This document shows, piece by piece, positions 19,951 to 30,668 of a stretch of DNA of 60,369 nucleotides. The position numbers and the translations under genes were made by a program. Source of the DNA: a virus (Duplodnaviria; Caudoviricetes); IMG/VR virus record IMGVR_UViG_3300013133_000005, positions 1 to 60,369 of that record, one strand, 5' to 3'. The notes below the pieces were generated by a model. It did no database searches. It saw nothing but the letters and a program-made list of their open reading frames with translations, and was not told the origin of the DNA. Every line of letters starts with the position of its first letter. Position 1 is the stretch's first letter.

Positions 19951-20304
19951 TCATTTGCGGGAGGGCTGGGAAACCTGCGAAGCCCTTTTCTCCTGCTGAC
20001 CGTCTCCATCAAGATTGTGCATAAGGAAGATGATGCAGCACGCAGCATGTGCCAGATGACTGCACCCATCTTCCTTATCAAGCTTTTCTCCATTCCACCA
20101 CGAAACCATGTGCCTCATGGCTGCGGCAAAATAGCGAACACGAGAGTTTGGGACAAACTTCCAATCGAAATCGCCATACTTGGCGGCTCCGTTTTCAAGA
20201 ACCTTGACAATTTCTTCAACGGCGCCCCATGGAAGTAAGTCCCATCGCCTTTTCCCTTGGTCGTCCTTACGGCCGACCTTAGAAGGGCATGTCTTCGCCA
20301 TCAT
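19951..20304 (-). CDS. dATP/dGTP diphosphohydrolase domain protein (DUF5664-like)
   Basis: KDDQGKRRWDLLP...GAAKYG...AAMRH...SHLAHAACC; exact start uncertain. Confidence 0.8.
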   Translation of the reverse strand: MMAKTCPSKVGRKDDQGKRRWDLLPWGAVEEIVKVLENGAAKYGDFDWKFVPNSRVRYFAAAMRHMVSWWNGEKLDKEDGCSHLAHAACCIIFLMHNLDGDGQQEKRASQVSQPSRK

Positions 20305-21037
20305 CGACATCTCCACCGGTATTAACTTCAGCCGTGCCTGCCGCTGGAGCCTGACCCTCGGCACTTCCGAATCCAGAACGGTCCTGTACTGTTCCGACAC
20401 TTGACTTGGACGCGCCAACTGGGTACGTGATGCTCTTGTCATCCGGCTTGGCTGCTGCAAATGTTTCGATTGCTACGCCGTCGCGGGCCTGCCCGGTTGT
20501 TGATACATACGGCTGGTCCTTGAATGCAATGTATACTTCCTGATTCATCTTGTGAGTCCGAGTGATGACGACCTTTCCATTCTTCTCCTCGGCATCAATG
20601 GTGAGATTGTTGATCATCCATTCGGGATCGATTGGTATGCCTTTTGCCCCTGTGAGAGCAATCAGCCGAGGCTTTGCCATCGACATCACCTTATCAAAAT
20701 CCTCCTTGGTTGACGCTCCCTTGGGCGGCATGATAACGATGCGGGCGATTGTCGATGACCCCTTCTGAACTTCTGGAGTTCCATCAACAACAGCAAGGCG
20801 CACGACCAGGGCATAGCTTTGCTTCTTTGTCTTCTCGATTCGCGGGAACAGCACGATTTGCCCGGTATTCTTGTCTTTCCACGCAACAGGATCAACTTTC
20901 ATCCTGTATCGGCCGGCGCGAGTAAGAATTGGCGCTCGTTCAATTTCTTGTGCGGAATCGCTCGACTGCTGGGCAATTGTCCTCTGATCAGTCGACCTTC
21001 CCTCCATCATATCCATTACAGCCTTACGTGAATCCAT
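20279..21037 (-). CDS. putative single-stranded DNA-binding protein
   Basis: Acidic tail DDGEDMPF; next to primase-helicase. Confidence 0.55.
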   Translation of the reverse strand: MDSRKAVMDMMEGRSTDQRTIAQQSSDSAQEIERAPILTRAGRYRMKVDPVAWKDKNTGQIVLFPRIEKTKKQSYALVVRLAVVDGTPEVQKGSSTIARIVIMPPKGASTKEDFDKVMSMAKPRLIALTGAKGIPIDPEWMINNLTIDAEEKNGKVVITRTHKMNQEVYIAFKDQPYVSTTGQARDGVAIETFAAAKPDDKSITYPVGASKSSVGTVQDRSGFGSAEGQAPAAGTAEVNTGGDVDDGEDMPF

Positions 21038-21053
21038 TGACCGTTTCTCCTGG

Positions 21054-21737
21054 TTAGAATGGTAAATCCGAGGATGACATATCAATCACATCGACATCTT
21101 CTATAACTCTCTTCACGTTTTCGATGCTGATTGATTCCGTGTACTGCCGAAAATCAACATCATCGATGTACATTGGTTCAATGATACGCGGACTGTAAAA
21201 GATCGGAACAATGTACACCACTTCGTTGTACTTCACCCAACACAGTGGCTCGCCGTCAAACGCTTTGACTATATCCGCAAGCTCGTCCGGTATTGGAATT
21301 GTGCCAGCCACAGATCTCATCTGTCGAGCTGACGGCTGAAGTATTGACAGCATTGCGCTCACAAACTGGTCTTTGCATATATCTCTTTTGCATGGAAATG
21401 CCGCATGTGTAACCAAATACCAATGGGTAGGCGAATTGACAGGCAGAAGACTCCTGAGCACATCCAGGTAATCAATGTTGATTTCTCCTGCTTTTGCAAG
21501 GAACTGCTTTAGATCGACATCCGCCCCGCCGGCATGTTTTGGTATCCATCCAAGTTCTTTATATGTCTGCAGGCACCTTCCATACATCTTCATCAAATAT
21601 TGCGAATCATGCAGCAGTTGATCGTCGTGCAGCATCCTCAACAACACTTCTGAATTCCGCAACATCTTGGTTGACATTGCTACTGCGCTGAGTTGGTAGA
21701 TTTTCGAGGATATCGCTAGTGGGGGCATTGTCTCCAA
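21054..21737 (-). CDS. hypothetical protein (start uncertain)
   Basis: ORF fills the gap between primase-helicase and SSB-like gene. Confidence 0.55.
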   Translation of the reverse strand: METMPPLAISSKIYQLSAVAMSTKMLRNSEVLLRMLHDDQLLHDSQYLMKMYGRCLQTYKELGWIPKHAGGADVDLKQFLAKAGEINIDYLDVLRSLLPVNSPTHWYLVTHAAFPCKRDICKDQFVSAMLSILQPSARQMRSVAGTIPIPDELADIVKAFDGEPLCWVKYNEVVYIVPIFYSPRIIEPMYIDDVDFRQYTESISIENVKRVIEDVDVIDMSSSDLPF

Positions 21738-24700
21738 GCCTCACGTAATCTTTCAGCCATAGGTTGAACATCTCCGTCTTCTTGTATCGACCGGACCTTG
21801 TTCTTGAAAAACAATTCCTCGCTACCAATGTTCCTATCAGCTTGTGGATATTCTGATACGGCGGGCCGCCAATTGTGCGCGACTGCGGTCTATCATCTCT
21901 GGCTCCCGTCATGAATATCTTGTTTGCCGACACAAGCCCAAGGTAATCGAAGAATATCTGAATCAGGTCATTTGTGGTGAAATCATCATGTTGCATGAGT
22001 GGTTCACATGGGATATACTTGAAGATGTTGGCCATGAAATCCATGTTGCCAAGCTTCTTCGATCTTGAGACGGCTTCTGAATAGATGTCCATCTGAAGAT
22101 TGGGACCGCAGTATGTCTTCATCAACATGTCTCTGATAAACTCAACATGTTCCTTACGGACCATGATCTTTTCGTAGTCATCGTCTGGAGTTGACACTGT
22201 TATCGCCGCTACTGATATGGCCATCCTGCATATCTTCGCTCGCATTTCAGTATTGACAAACTGTGTAGACTCGTGGAATTTGGCCGACATTTCATTCTGG
22301 ATTGAATGAATGAGTTCAGTCACTCCCTCCTCGTACACGATTTGATCTGGCTTGCGAGATTTGGCCCACTTCAGGTGGGTCTGGCACTGAAGCGGCGTAA
22401 AGATGTTTGATATTGGGGTATATGATGACTGTAGTGATGATACCGGAACGTCAGACTGTTTGACGTACAACACGTAGTCGAACCGGCTTGCTACCTCGTC
22501 TTTTGTGCAGAAATTCTTGATCTCCATGACACCATATTGGGACGAGCGGGCGTCTTCTGTCTTCCAGACTCGCGGGTTTGACAGCATGATCTTTGCGGTA
22601 CGAGCATAAGCTGTTCCGCTTGTGATCATGGCCATATCCAATATGCCATCCGAACGGCTTGGTGTCATATCCTGAAGCGTTTGCACATCGAGGTTACTCA
22701 GTTCATCTATAATCACAATCCCCATGTCGTTCATTGGTATCTTGCCCCATGAAATACTGGGCTTACCATTGAACATCCTGACTCCAGCAAGTAGCCCCGA
22801 ACGAGTGGTTGCACTTGATCCTGCAACGTATTCGCCAAGACGATAGTGGTCTCTGAGAAATCCTGCTGCGATACTTTTGCCGCACCGGGAGTCTCCAAAT
22901 ATCAAGACCTCAACCCATCCGCGATGAACACGCGGAAGCAATTCCTGATTGTTGAGAATCGCCTGACTGAAGAAGGCCAGATCACAAGCAAGGAATATGT
23001 CCTCTCTTCCGGTAAGTCCTGCGGCATCTCCGAAGATTTTGTATCGGTGCTTCAACACATCGGCAACAGTCTGACCTGGCTTCTGCCTGAAAATCTGCAG
23101 TATGTCAATGACACTGTCGCTCATCTGGAACATCTCAATTGACGTCTGAACTGGTTCCGCTTCCCAGATAAACAGGACAGCGTATTGATCGTTCCAATTG
23201 TGAGTCTGTTGCGCTTTGAATCGATATGATCGGTTTGGATAGATGTCACGAGCACCAAGAAGAAATCCCTCAATACCGATATCTGCTGACCCTGGCTCAT
23301 GAACCTTATCTGACATCTGGTGGGTTGTTACGTCATCTACAAGTCGAACACGGAGTAGCTTTTCTTTTTCCTTGTCAGCAATCACTACTGACGGGCACCT
23401 CATATTGATCTTCAACAGCTTCTTGCATTGCTTGGTTCTCTGGTCTTCGGTTACGCCGATAAGTCCGAGAATGTCATGCGGGTCAACTTTGATGTGATTC
23501 ACTTTGTTTGCATGCTCTGTGGGGATATCTTTGACATGCATGTGTATTTCGACTGGTTCTTCATTTGTGAACCCAGGCATTAACGGTATCATGCATTCTG
23601 AGCATATGCCTGGTCTGCCCTTCTTTCCAGACTTCTCCATTCTGGATCTGCGCTCACACCCATCACATTTGACTATCACACTTGTTGGGTACAGGTACGC
23701 ATTGGAGTCAAGATCGGATACTGACGCTATTGTTTCCAGCTGTATGTTTCCATCAACCGAGTAGTATTTCGGGTTTCGCGCTTCTTGAACTGACACCTTG
23801 CATACAACTTTGCGCTCTCTGTCTGGATTCAGGGTGAAAACGGGATTTGACGCTTCGAGCTTGTACCATACAGCTGCCGCGTTTTCATTGAATCCATTCT
23901 TTCTCAAGAAGTCCGTGTAATCCTTCTCGGCTCTCTTGCTATGCCATGTCCCCCCCAGATACGTTTCATTGACCACTGCCGGGTCGAGACCATTGGGATT
24001 CATCTCGCTTTTGTCAAGGTCGATGATCTTGATCTGCTTGGCGATCGGGTGTAGCTGCTCCGCCAGCTTCTGGGCATTTCGCCTTCCAGCGGAATCGCTG
24101 TCAGGGACAATGACGATCTCCTTGCCCTTGAAGTGCTGGATCACACGATCCTGGCTGCCGAAAGCCTTAATGAGGTCGTAGTTTGACGCTGAGCCGAGCG
24201 TAAACGCGCCGTCGACACCGAAGGCGAGCGCACAATACATGTCCGGCTCCCCCTCAAAGAACACGATCTTGTTCCCGGCCAGGCTCGACATCGGAACCGG
24301 CTTCACCTGTCGGCCAACAAAGAAGTACTTCCATTTGAGTTCGGGGATGTCGGTTCGCGGGTTGTATCCCTTGGCATTGACCCACTCGCCGGCTTCGTTG
24401 AACTGGGGCAACACGAAATACTCATTCTTGAGGTCAAGCCCGAGCTTGTACTTTACGATCATCTCTTTCGTTATGCCACGAGTCGCCAGCAGGTAATCGC
24501 ACGCTTCAGCATTCTCCAGAAGGTGCGCGTTCCAGTCGTTCAGGGCGCTGATGTCGAGGGCAGAATCATCCTTCTCTGCCACTCTCGACGCTTCACCCAT
24601 CATGTGTTTGCGGCCATACTTCTTCTCATAGGCCGCATCCAACTGGTCCTGGAACTTCTTGAACTGATCCATCTTGGTCGCGTACTCAGCAGTATCCGTA

Positions 24701-25050
24701 CCATGTCCGACCGGCAGCTGTCCCGCGATATTGAGGAGGTCAATGACGAAGTCGAGATAATGCTCTCCGCCACTGCGCCCTTTCAGGTAGTCACGCCAGA
24801 AGCTCTGGAAGTTACCCTTGATACCGCAGGCATGACACCGGTACAAACCGGTCTGGTTGTTGATGGATAGCGATGGGTGACGATCGGTTCCCTTACCATG
24901 TGCTGACGCTTCGAAGCAATGGAAATTCCCATTACCGCCCTGGTGGAGACCGAGCTGTTTGTACAGCTCGTGGTAACGGTTTTCCATGACCATGTCGATG
25001 GTCTTGTAGATGTAGGCCAGATCTTCTTTTTTGAAGGCGTATTTCCGCAT
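21607..25050 (-). CDS. primase-helicase: CHC2 Zn finger + TOPRIM + MCM-like AAA+
   Basis: HC...H...YRCHAC; FEGEPD, PDSDSAG; GDSRCGKS, IIDELS, SNPR, SRFD. Confidence 0.85.
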   Translation of the reverse strand: MRKYAFKKEDLAYIYKTIDMVMENRYHELYKQLGLHQGGNGNFHCFEASAHGKGTDRHPSLSINNQTGLYRCHACGIKGNFQSFWRDYLKGRSGGEHYLDFVIDLLNIAGQLPVGHGTDTAEYATKMDQFKKFQDQLDAAYEKKYGRKHMMGEASRVAEKDDSALDISALNDWNAHLLENAEACDYLLATRGITKEMIVKYKLGLDLKNEYFVLPQFNEAGEWVNAKGYNPRTDIPELKWKYFFVGRQVKPVPMSSLAGNKIVFFEGEPDMYCALAFGVDGAFTLGSASNYDLIKAFGSQDRVIQHFKGKEIVIVPDSDSAGRRNAQKLAEQLHPIAKQIKIIDLDKSEMNPNGLDPAVVNETYLGGTWHSKRAEKDYTDFLRKNGFNENAAAVWYKLEASNPVFTLNPDRERKVVCKVSVQEARNPKYYSVDGNIQLETIASVSDLDSNAYLYPTSVIVKCDGCERRSRMEKSGKKGRPGICSECMIPLMPGFTNEEPVEIHMHVKDIPTEHANKVNHIKVDPHDILGLIGVTEDQRTKQCKKLLKINMRCPSVVIADKEKEKLLRVRLVDDVTTHQMSDKVHEPGSADIGIEGFLLGARDIYPNRSYRFKAQQTHNWNDQYAVLFIWEAEPVQTSIEMFQMSDSVIDILQIFRQKPGQTVADVLKHRYKIFGDAAGLTGREDIFLACDLAFFSQAILNNQELLPRVHRGWVEVLIFGDSRCGKSIAAGFLRDHYRLGEYVAGSSATTRSGLLAGVRMFNGKPSISWGKIPMNDMGIVIIDELSNLDVQTLQDMTPSRSDGILDMAMITSGTAYARTAKIMLSNPRVWKTEDARSSQYGVMEIKNFCTKDEVASRFDYVLYVKQSDVPVSSLQSSYTPISNIFTPLQCQTHLKWAKSRKPDQIVYEEGVTELIHSIQNEMSAKFHESTQFVNTEMRAKICRMAISVAAITVSTPDDDYEKIMVRKEHVEFIRDMLMKTYCGPNLQMDIYSEAVSRSKKLGNMDFMANIFKYIPCEPLMQHDDFTTNDLIQIFFDYLGLVSANKIFMTGARDDRPQSRTIGGPPYQNIHKLIGTLVARNCFSRTRSGRYKKTEMFNLWLKDYVRLGDNAPTSDILENLPTQRSSNVNQDVAEFRSVVEDAARRSTAA

Positions 25051-25120
25051 TCTTTTCCCTACAGAGATACCACAGGCAAGACGTACAATACGCTTGTACC
25101 GTTCCTACCGTCTGGCTGAT

Positions 25121-25384
25121 TTATCGGACGTCTGACAACGTAGGTGTTTTTTCTGACGACGCTCCAGGTGCGCTATCGTCAGGTCTCTTGATTCGGATAC
25201 TGTTGGTGACAGTCGGCTTGAGGAAGATCATATCTTTGCTGCGATTGCTGACATTGATGACTACCAGCGGCTCTTTTGCGCCTTCGACAAACAGGGCTAC
25301 TTGAGAATTGTTGTCAAATCCTGGGGCTTTCATCATCGTGAAGGTTACGTCATCGATCTTTTGAGTGAGAATCTTTTCAGCCAT
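25121..25384 (-). CDS. hypothetical protein
   Basis: 87 aa. Confidence 0.55.
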   Translation of the reverse strand: MAEKILTQKIDDVTFTMMKAPGFDNNSQVALFVEGAKEPLVVINVSNRSKDMIFLKPTVTNSIRIKRPDDSAPGASSEKTPTLSDVR

Positions 25385-25448
25385 AGCCCGCCTCGACGTT
25401 AGGGGATTAGGTTAAGAATACTAGGTGCGCCCCGAAAGCGCAACTGAA

Positions 25449-25477
25449 AATCTACACATACATTATGTGTTTGTCAA
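25449..25477 (-). promoter_or_regulatory. sigma70-like promoter for the primase-helicase unit
   Basis: TTGACA-N17-TAGATT. Confidence 0.6.
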
Positions 25478-25495
25478 GCCACTAAATCTGGTATG

Positions 25496-25726
25496 TCATG
25501 ACTTTTTACACACAAGCGCTCGTAGCTTCCTTACCGTATGCGGCATACGCGACAGACTATGAAAGATATGTTTACGCTTGTCTCTGCGCGAGCATGTCAT
25601 ATAGTGAGACATTTCATCATCCACATACATCGTTACCACTGACATGACATCTTTGTCAAGTTGCTCAATCAATTTTTCAATTTCAGTCTTTTCCAAGACT
25701 CTTCTTCCTTTCATGTAAAAAATCAA
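25496..25726 (-). CDS. hypothetical protein
   Basis: 76 aa, co-oriented. Confidence 0.45.
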   Translation of the reverse strand: MIFYMKGRRVLEKTEIEKLIEQLDKDVMSVVTMYVDDEMSHYMTCSRRDKRKHIFHSLSRMPHTVRKLRALVCKKS

Positions 25727-25880
25727 TCAATGTGTTAACAGCTAAAAGTAGAGTCTTGCCAGAACGGGAGAATGACTGATAGGATACCGTGCATACCCCT
25801 TCGCCAAACTCCGTTCTGGCACTGTGACTCTTGCACCACCGTACGGCCTGCGCGTTGCTTACAAGCTTGTTGTGATTCAC
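25683..25880 (-). CDS. hypothetical protein
   Basis: 65 aa, SD GAGGAGG. Confidence 0.5.
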   Translation of the reverse strand: MNHNKLVSNAQAVRWCKSHSARTEFGEGVCTVSYQSFSRSGKTLLLAVNTLIDFLHERKKSLGKD

Positions 25881-25936
25881 CCACCCTCCTCATGGATTGA
25901 GTGCATGGACGCGTCAGATCACCCATGCACTTCAAA

Positions 25937-26566
25937 TCAATCCATAAGGCCATCTTCATACGGCGGCGTGCTCGCCGATTCGGCCAACTTCGGAACCGGG
26001 TTGTCAATTGTTGGGGCTGGCGAGGCAGCATCCTCCTCTGGCTCCAATTCAATCTCACCCTCTTCCGGAACATCATACACTGCGTCGCACAAAGTGCAAC
26101 ATACGATCTTCTTCGCATTGTCGTACTTGAACTCGTGCCGACAGGTGAGCACATCGCTGTCCAGGTCCGTGTCGAAGATATCATTACACCTGAGACAGGT
26201 GATCTCCCCAGTATCCACATCGAAATTGAGCATGTGTCTATGGCTGCCCTCGGGGATGTCGTCATCAAGCAAGAACCTTGAACCACACTTCACACACCTC
26301 ACATATGTGCTGACGCCGGTCAGGTCCTCGACGATCTCGAATGCGTGCGAGCACAAATCCTGAACCTTGTTGAGATTGCCCTTGTCTCCAACAACGGGAT
26401 TTGTTGGCGAAGAGTACATAGTGGCATCCACCAGAACACTCATGCGCTCCCTAACCACTGCGCAGAAATCGTTGAGCATGTGGAACACACGCGTTGCCAC
26501 ATCGTCCTGACCTTGATCGCTCAAATTGCTGGAAATTCTTACATCCAGAACTATCTTGTGCTGCAT
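25937..26566 (-). CDS. multi-Zn-ribbon hypothetical protein
   Basis: CVKC, CLRC, CTLC; acidic tail; start MQHKIV. Confidence 0.6.
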   Translation of the reverse strand: MQHKIVLDVRISSNLSDQGQDDVATRVFHMLNDFCAVVRERMSVLVDATMYSSPTNPVVGDKGNLNKVQDLCSHAFEIVEDLTGVSTYVRCVKCGSRFLLDDDIPEGSHRHMLNFDVDTGEITCLRCNDIFDTDLDSDVLTCRHEFKYDNAKKIVCCTLCDAVYDVPEEGEIELEPEEDAASPAPTIDNPVPKLAESASTPPYEDGLMD

Positions 26567-26571
26567 GGCGT

Positions 26572-27645
26572 CTACCTTTCTTCTACAATGTATTTCTTGT
26601 GAAGCCCCTCTATTAACCCTTTGCCTTTGGTATAGGGGGCAATCCAGATATGCTCTTGAGTTTGGGTGTCTTTTGGGCCTTTCCACTGCCAACGCCAGTG
26701 CCCGGAGACGGAAAACATACATGTAATCTTTCCGCCAGCACGAGACGAAATTGCTTCCGACTCAAGTGGTGGAACGTTCGGACCAACCATGATGAATGGA
26801 TACTGTGCAAATCTACCGATTTTTTCCAACAGCTTTTTCGCCTTGGCTGGGTTCGTCTTTTTGTCAGCCGCTTCTGAAAAACTGTCTGGCTTTACGGGAA
26901 GCGTGTCGGCATCTTTGCTTGTTATGTACAGCAAGATGTTGACAGCCAGCCTGAACGATTCTTGAATCATATTGCGATTGACGTCGGTTAGGCTGAATGC
27001 GGTAATCTTACCAGCACCCAAATCTCTCATCATAATGTTTATTGCATCATCAACAGTTGCATGCGAGTCAGGTATATCCAGAACGTAGTGGTAGTTGATG
27101 TCACTACGATTTTCAATTCCCGCCCCGCCAGATGAGGCCATGACTCTCATGCGCGTTTTGCCACTAGATTCTTTCTTCAGGCCGATGTACATGCCGCGCA
27201 TTGGCCTCACGGTATTGTCGATTCGATCATCGATCACGATTTCACTTTGATCCAGGCAGACATAAATTTCGTCAAATGGAGCTTTGACGTATTCGCAGCT
27301 TACGTTTGCCCTTGTGTGTATCAGGCGATGGCACAGATCTTTTGCCACATAGTAGATCCGCTCTCCATTATGCCTCATCTGCCAGCAATGCCACAGCATG
27401 TTGCCCATCAGATTCATGGACTCCTGATTAGCCATCATGCGCTGTAGTGATTGGATGCCCACCATGAGCTGGTTTTCATCAGCGTTTCCAAGAAGGGAAG
27501 ACTCAATCTCCTTTACGAGCGCATCGCAAAACGTCAGGTAGTCAGCGCTTCGATAAGCATCCATCCGTCCAAACAGATCATTGATTGCGGCCCCATAGAC
27601 GGAATTCATCATTGCTTCATAATGAGTCACTGGAAACAATTTCAT
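26572..27645 (-). CDS. conserved phage protein
   Basis: C-terminal VSGHWRWQWKGP...WIAPYTKG motif typical of phage proteins. Confidence 0.65.
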   Translation of the reverse strand: MKLFPVTHYEAMMNSVYGAAINDLFGRMDAYRSADYLTFCDALVKEIESSLLGNADENQLMVGIQSLQRMMANQESMNLMGNMLWHCWQMRHNGERIYYVAKDLCHRLIHTRANVSCEYVKAPFDEIYVCLDQSEIVIDDRIDNTVRPMRGMYIGLKKESSGKTRMRVMASSGGAGIENRSDINYHYVLDIPDSHATVDDAINIMMRDLGAGKITAFSLTDVNRNMIQESFRLAVNILLYITSKDADTLPVKPDSFSEAADKKTNPAKAKKLLEKIGRFAQYPFIMVGPNVPPLESEAISSRAGGKITCMFSVSGHWRWQWKGPKDTQTQEHIWIAPYTKGKGLIEGLHKKYIVEER

Positions 27646-27647
27646 GA

Positions 27648-27989
27648 TCACCTTTCTTTTGGTTGACCGCATCCATACAGCTCGTAAATGATGAATTCAC
27701 CATGTCCGACGTAACAAGCTTTCCTTGCCACGCTTACGCCATTGATGTTAACGGCTTTGAATTCGTATCCACCATTCTCTACGCACTCACATTCGTTGGG
27801 TGAAAACTTCAATATCTCAACATTGGAGTATCCGTGTTTCTCCAGATACCTCTGAGTGTGCTTCTCGCCAGAATGGTGATACGCAAGAGAGTTGATGATA
27901 GATATTAACGCAACGTTTGCAACAACCATGACGATGATGACTTGAATGATGCGCCAATCATATTCATGCAGTCCAAATGGAGGTCTCAT
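27648..27989 (-). CDS. membrane-anchored hypothetical protein
   Basis: N-terminal TM segment IIQVIIVMVVANVALISII; SD CAGGAG. Confidence 0.55.
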   Translation of the reverse strand: MRPPFGLHEYDWRIIQVIIVMVVANVALISIINSLAYHHSGEKHTQRYLEKHGYSNVEILKFSPNECECVENGGYEFKAVNINGVSVARKACYVGHGEFIIYELYGCGQPKER

Positions 27990-28016
27990 CTGGTTCTCCT
28001 GTGGAAGAAAGGCTCT

Positions 28017-28037
28017 CATTATTGTTGTTTCACAAAT
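28017..28037 (-). promoter_or_regulatory. recurrent 21-bp motif copy
   Basis: Exact repeat of 9800-9820. Confidence 0.65.
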
Positions 28038-28042
28038 AGTCA

Positions 28043-28078
28043 AAACATAACCGGCGCCTTATCGGCGCCGGTATGTTT
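28043..28078 (-). terminator. intrinsic terminator after the DinG gene
   Basis: ACCGGCGCC-TTATC-GGCGCCGGT stem with flanking A/T. Confidence 0.6.
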
Positions 28079-30668
28079 ACAGGTCGTCGAAATACACCCT
28101 TCCGTTTTTTATCCCGCCACGAATGCCCTGGAGGAAATAATCAACGTTAAGGTTGGTTGAACCACCAGGCCTCAGCATATACCAGAGGGTTTTCGCCATT
28201 GCCTGATCAAACACAATGGTGATTCCCCAGTCCTTCGGAGTTCTTACGATGCGGCCATATTGCTGGATTGTATCGGTAAATATGATACGATCCATAAACA
28301 TGGGGTCGCGCTCTATGCCGACATCCTCACAACCCTGAAATCTCGACTTCACGTATGGGTCGCCGAGATATGGGATCGGCTTCTTGAGAAGTACCTGTAT
28401 TCTGGCTATGCCATCTTTGAAATCTACGCCTTCTGATATTGAGGCAGACACAAGTGTCATCCCTGAATCTGGATGATCCATGAATTGCTGAACCAGATCG
28501 TCCTTGTGCCTCGGCATTGTGATGTGCCCAGTATGAACATTGGTGATCTCTCTATCATTGGGGCCGATATGCATAAGGTAGCTGGCATTGATACCCTTCA
28601 TATGCTCAGCTATTCGTCTTGCAAGATCAAACGTGTGGCAGTGGACAATCGCGTTCGGCTCAACCCCAATCTTGTCACGTATGCGTGCGCGCGCCGTTTG
28701 AAGGACCTCGTACAATTCATCACAGAACTTCTTGGTTCCGTCCTTCGTCTTGTAGATGAATTCGCCCTTATCGGTCTTTTCGCTGAAGTTGGTTCGGCCC
28801 TTATTGCTGATGACAAATACTGGCCGATTAGATCTCGGGAATGTTGTTGGTATGCGGATGTATTCGCTATCCGATTCTCGTATGCCATATGTGATTCTGG
28901 AGCTTTCCAGATTGACCCATGTTCCACTGCTCAGGATTACATGGTTGGCCTGCGAGAAGAAGAATTTATGAAGGAACGATGCTATGGCCACCGGGGTAAG
29001 CATGACATTGGTAACCTTGTCCTTACACGATGGCCCGAAATACTTGGATGCCAGATAATCAAGCCCATCGATGCCTTCGCATGATGCCTTGAAGAAGCAT
29101 TCTGTATCAACGGTTGTCATGAAGGCGGGATATTCCTTGTCGCCAATCTTGTTGGTAACAGAAATGATTTTTTCAATCCCCTTGCTCATCTCAGTAAGCA
29201 TCTCGGCGAGAACAACGATGTGCCGCGAATAATGCGTATCGACGTTCTTGATACCTTCATTCTTTCTGATTCCGCCGCAGGCCTCAAAGTATTTGATTGC
29301 CCCAGGGATCATCCACTTGTCCATGTCAAAATAGAAGCGCTTATCTGGTACCTCCGTACCGCTTACATACTCGGAGTACTTGGCAGATACGGCATGTGCG
29401 AAGTTGGGGTAATCGGGAACAGAATCTCCACGGAGCGCCCTGGCAATAATCGAAAGCGTTGACAGCCCGCCCTCGCCGCCGACATTGTTCCCGGCTCTCA
29501 TGTCATCGATGAGTGGCCTGTAAGCCCATGAATCCTTGTGCTTCGACGCCATGACGTCCATGAACGAATCAACATTGATCAGGTCGCGCATCTCAGTCAA
29601 AACTCTCCCAACCGCGATGGTCGGAAGAATCACATCCGCATAGAATTTTGGATATGCCGAGATGAATCCAGTAGATGATTTCGCCAATAACGGATTCATT
29701 GGCACGCCAAACATCTTGTGGAATATTTCTGTTGGTATCGAGACTTCAAATATCCTGGAAATGAAGCTCTCAATGGAATGACATTCATCTATTACCATGA
29801 CCTCGGCGCCAGGGAAAAATCGACTCTGACCGAAGTTCTGCAGTGCATACAAAACGTCTGGATTCAGCACCTTGGTTCCAAACATCCTGGCAAGAAATCT
29901 TGAACTCTTTGCCGGGCATTCAAGGTCTGGATTGCACTGGCAGCACATTCTTGATTGGAATATGCCCCGCACCTTGTCCGGGCTAGTGTTCAAAGGGAGC
30001 GCGTTGCGTATGAAGTCCTTCACTGCGCCGACAACTTTTGGTACATCGTCCTCGTATTCAAACGCCGTCTTCATGCGGCGCATTCTTTCATCTGATGCGA
30101 ATCTTTCAAGCATTTTGCGGACATTGTCAATGTATGTAGAAATGTCAACAGGTTTCTTTTTCGAGAACGTCGTGTTGTTGCACATTACAAACCTGTCACC
30201 CTTATAGTCGCATCTGGCCACATCCTGTGCCGCTGATACAAAATTACAGGAATAGGCGCCCTTGCCCTTGACCATCTTCACGTTCTTCCAGTGCTCCCGT
30301 GCGATCTGGTCTTGAAGCTGCTTCTGCGATGTCAGGTAAAATGAAGACCCACATACGGCGCCGATCGTGTAATTGATGGCCGATTTTCCGCATCCAACCG
30401 GGCCATCAATCAGCACGAATTTCTTCCCGGCGCGCATGGCCATGATGGCCTTGGTGATAGTCTCTTTCTGATGGGCGCGATAATCCGGTGCGCCACTCTC
30501 CTGACGATATGGAAAGTTTATATCGATCAGTGCATCAATCTGATCAGGGCCGAGAGAGGCAAGACGCTTCTCTTCTTTCTGAATCAGTTCTTCGCCGGCC
30601 CTTAACTCTTCAGGGCTTCCTTCCATTTCGTTGCGTACTGTAATCATCTCCGAGCGACCATTCTTCAT
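28077..30668 (-). CDS. DinG/Rad3-like SF2 helicase
   Basis: GPVGCGKS, Cys cluster, IDECH, LSSGT, SEGVDF, QQYGRIVR. Confidence 0.9.
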   Translation of the reverse strand: MKNGRSEMITVRNEMEGSPEELRAGEELIQKEEKRLASLGPDQIDALIDINFPYRQESGAPDYRAHQKETITKAIMAMRAGKKFVLIDGPVGCGKSAINYTIGAVCGSSFYLTSQKQLQDQIAREHWKNVKMVKGKGAYSCNFVSAAQDVARCDYKGDRFVMCNNTTFSKKKPVDISTYIDNVRKMLERFASDERMRRMKTAFEYEDDVPKVVGAVKDFIRNALPLNTSPDKVRGIFQSRMCCQCNPDLECPAKSSRFLARMFGTKVLNPDVLYALQNFGQSRFFPGAEVMVIDECHSIESFISRIFEVSIPTEIFHKMFGVPMNPLLAKSSTGFISAYPKFYADVILPTIAVGRVLTEMRDLINVDSFMDVMASKHKDSWAYRPLIDDMRAGNNVGGEGGLSTLSIIARALRGDSVPDYPNFAHAVSAKYSEYVSGTEVPDKRFYFDMDKWMIPGAIKYFEACGGIRKNEGIKNVDTHYSRHIVVLAEMLTEMSKGIEKIISVTNKIGDKEYPAFMTTVDTECFFKASCEGIDGLDYLASKYFGPSCKDKVTNVMLTPVAIASFLHKFFFSQANHVILSSGTWVNLESSRITYGIRESDSEYIRIPTTFPRSNRPVFVISNKGRTNFSEKTDKGEFIYKTKDGTKKFCDELYEVLQTARARIRDKIGVEPNAIVHCHTFDLARRIAEHMKGINASYLMHIGPNDREITNVHTGHITMPRHKDDLVQQFMDHPDSGMTLVSASISEGVDFKDGIARIQVLLKKPIPYLGDPYVKSRFQGCEDVGIERDPMFMDRIIFTDTIQQYGRIVRTPKDWGITIVFDQAMAKTLWYMLRPGGSTNLNVDYFLQGIRGGIKNGRVYFDDL

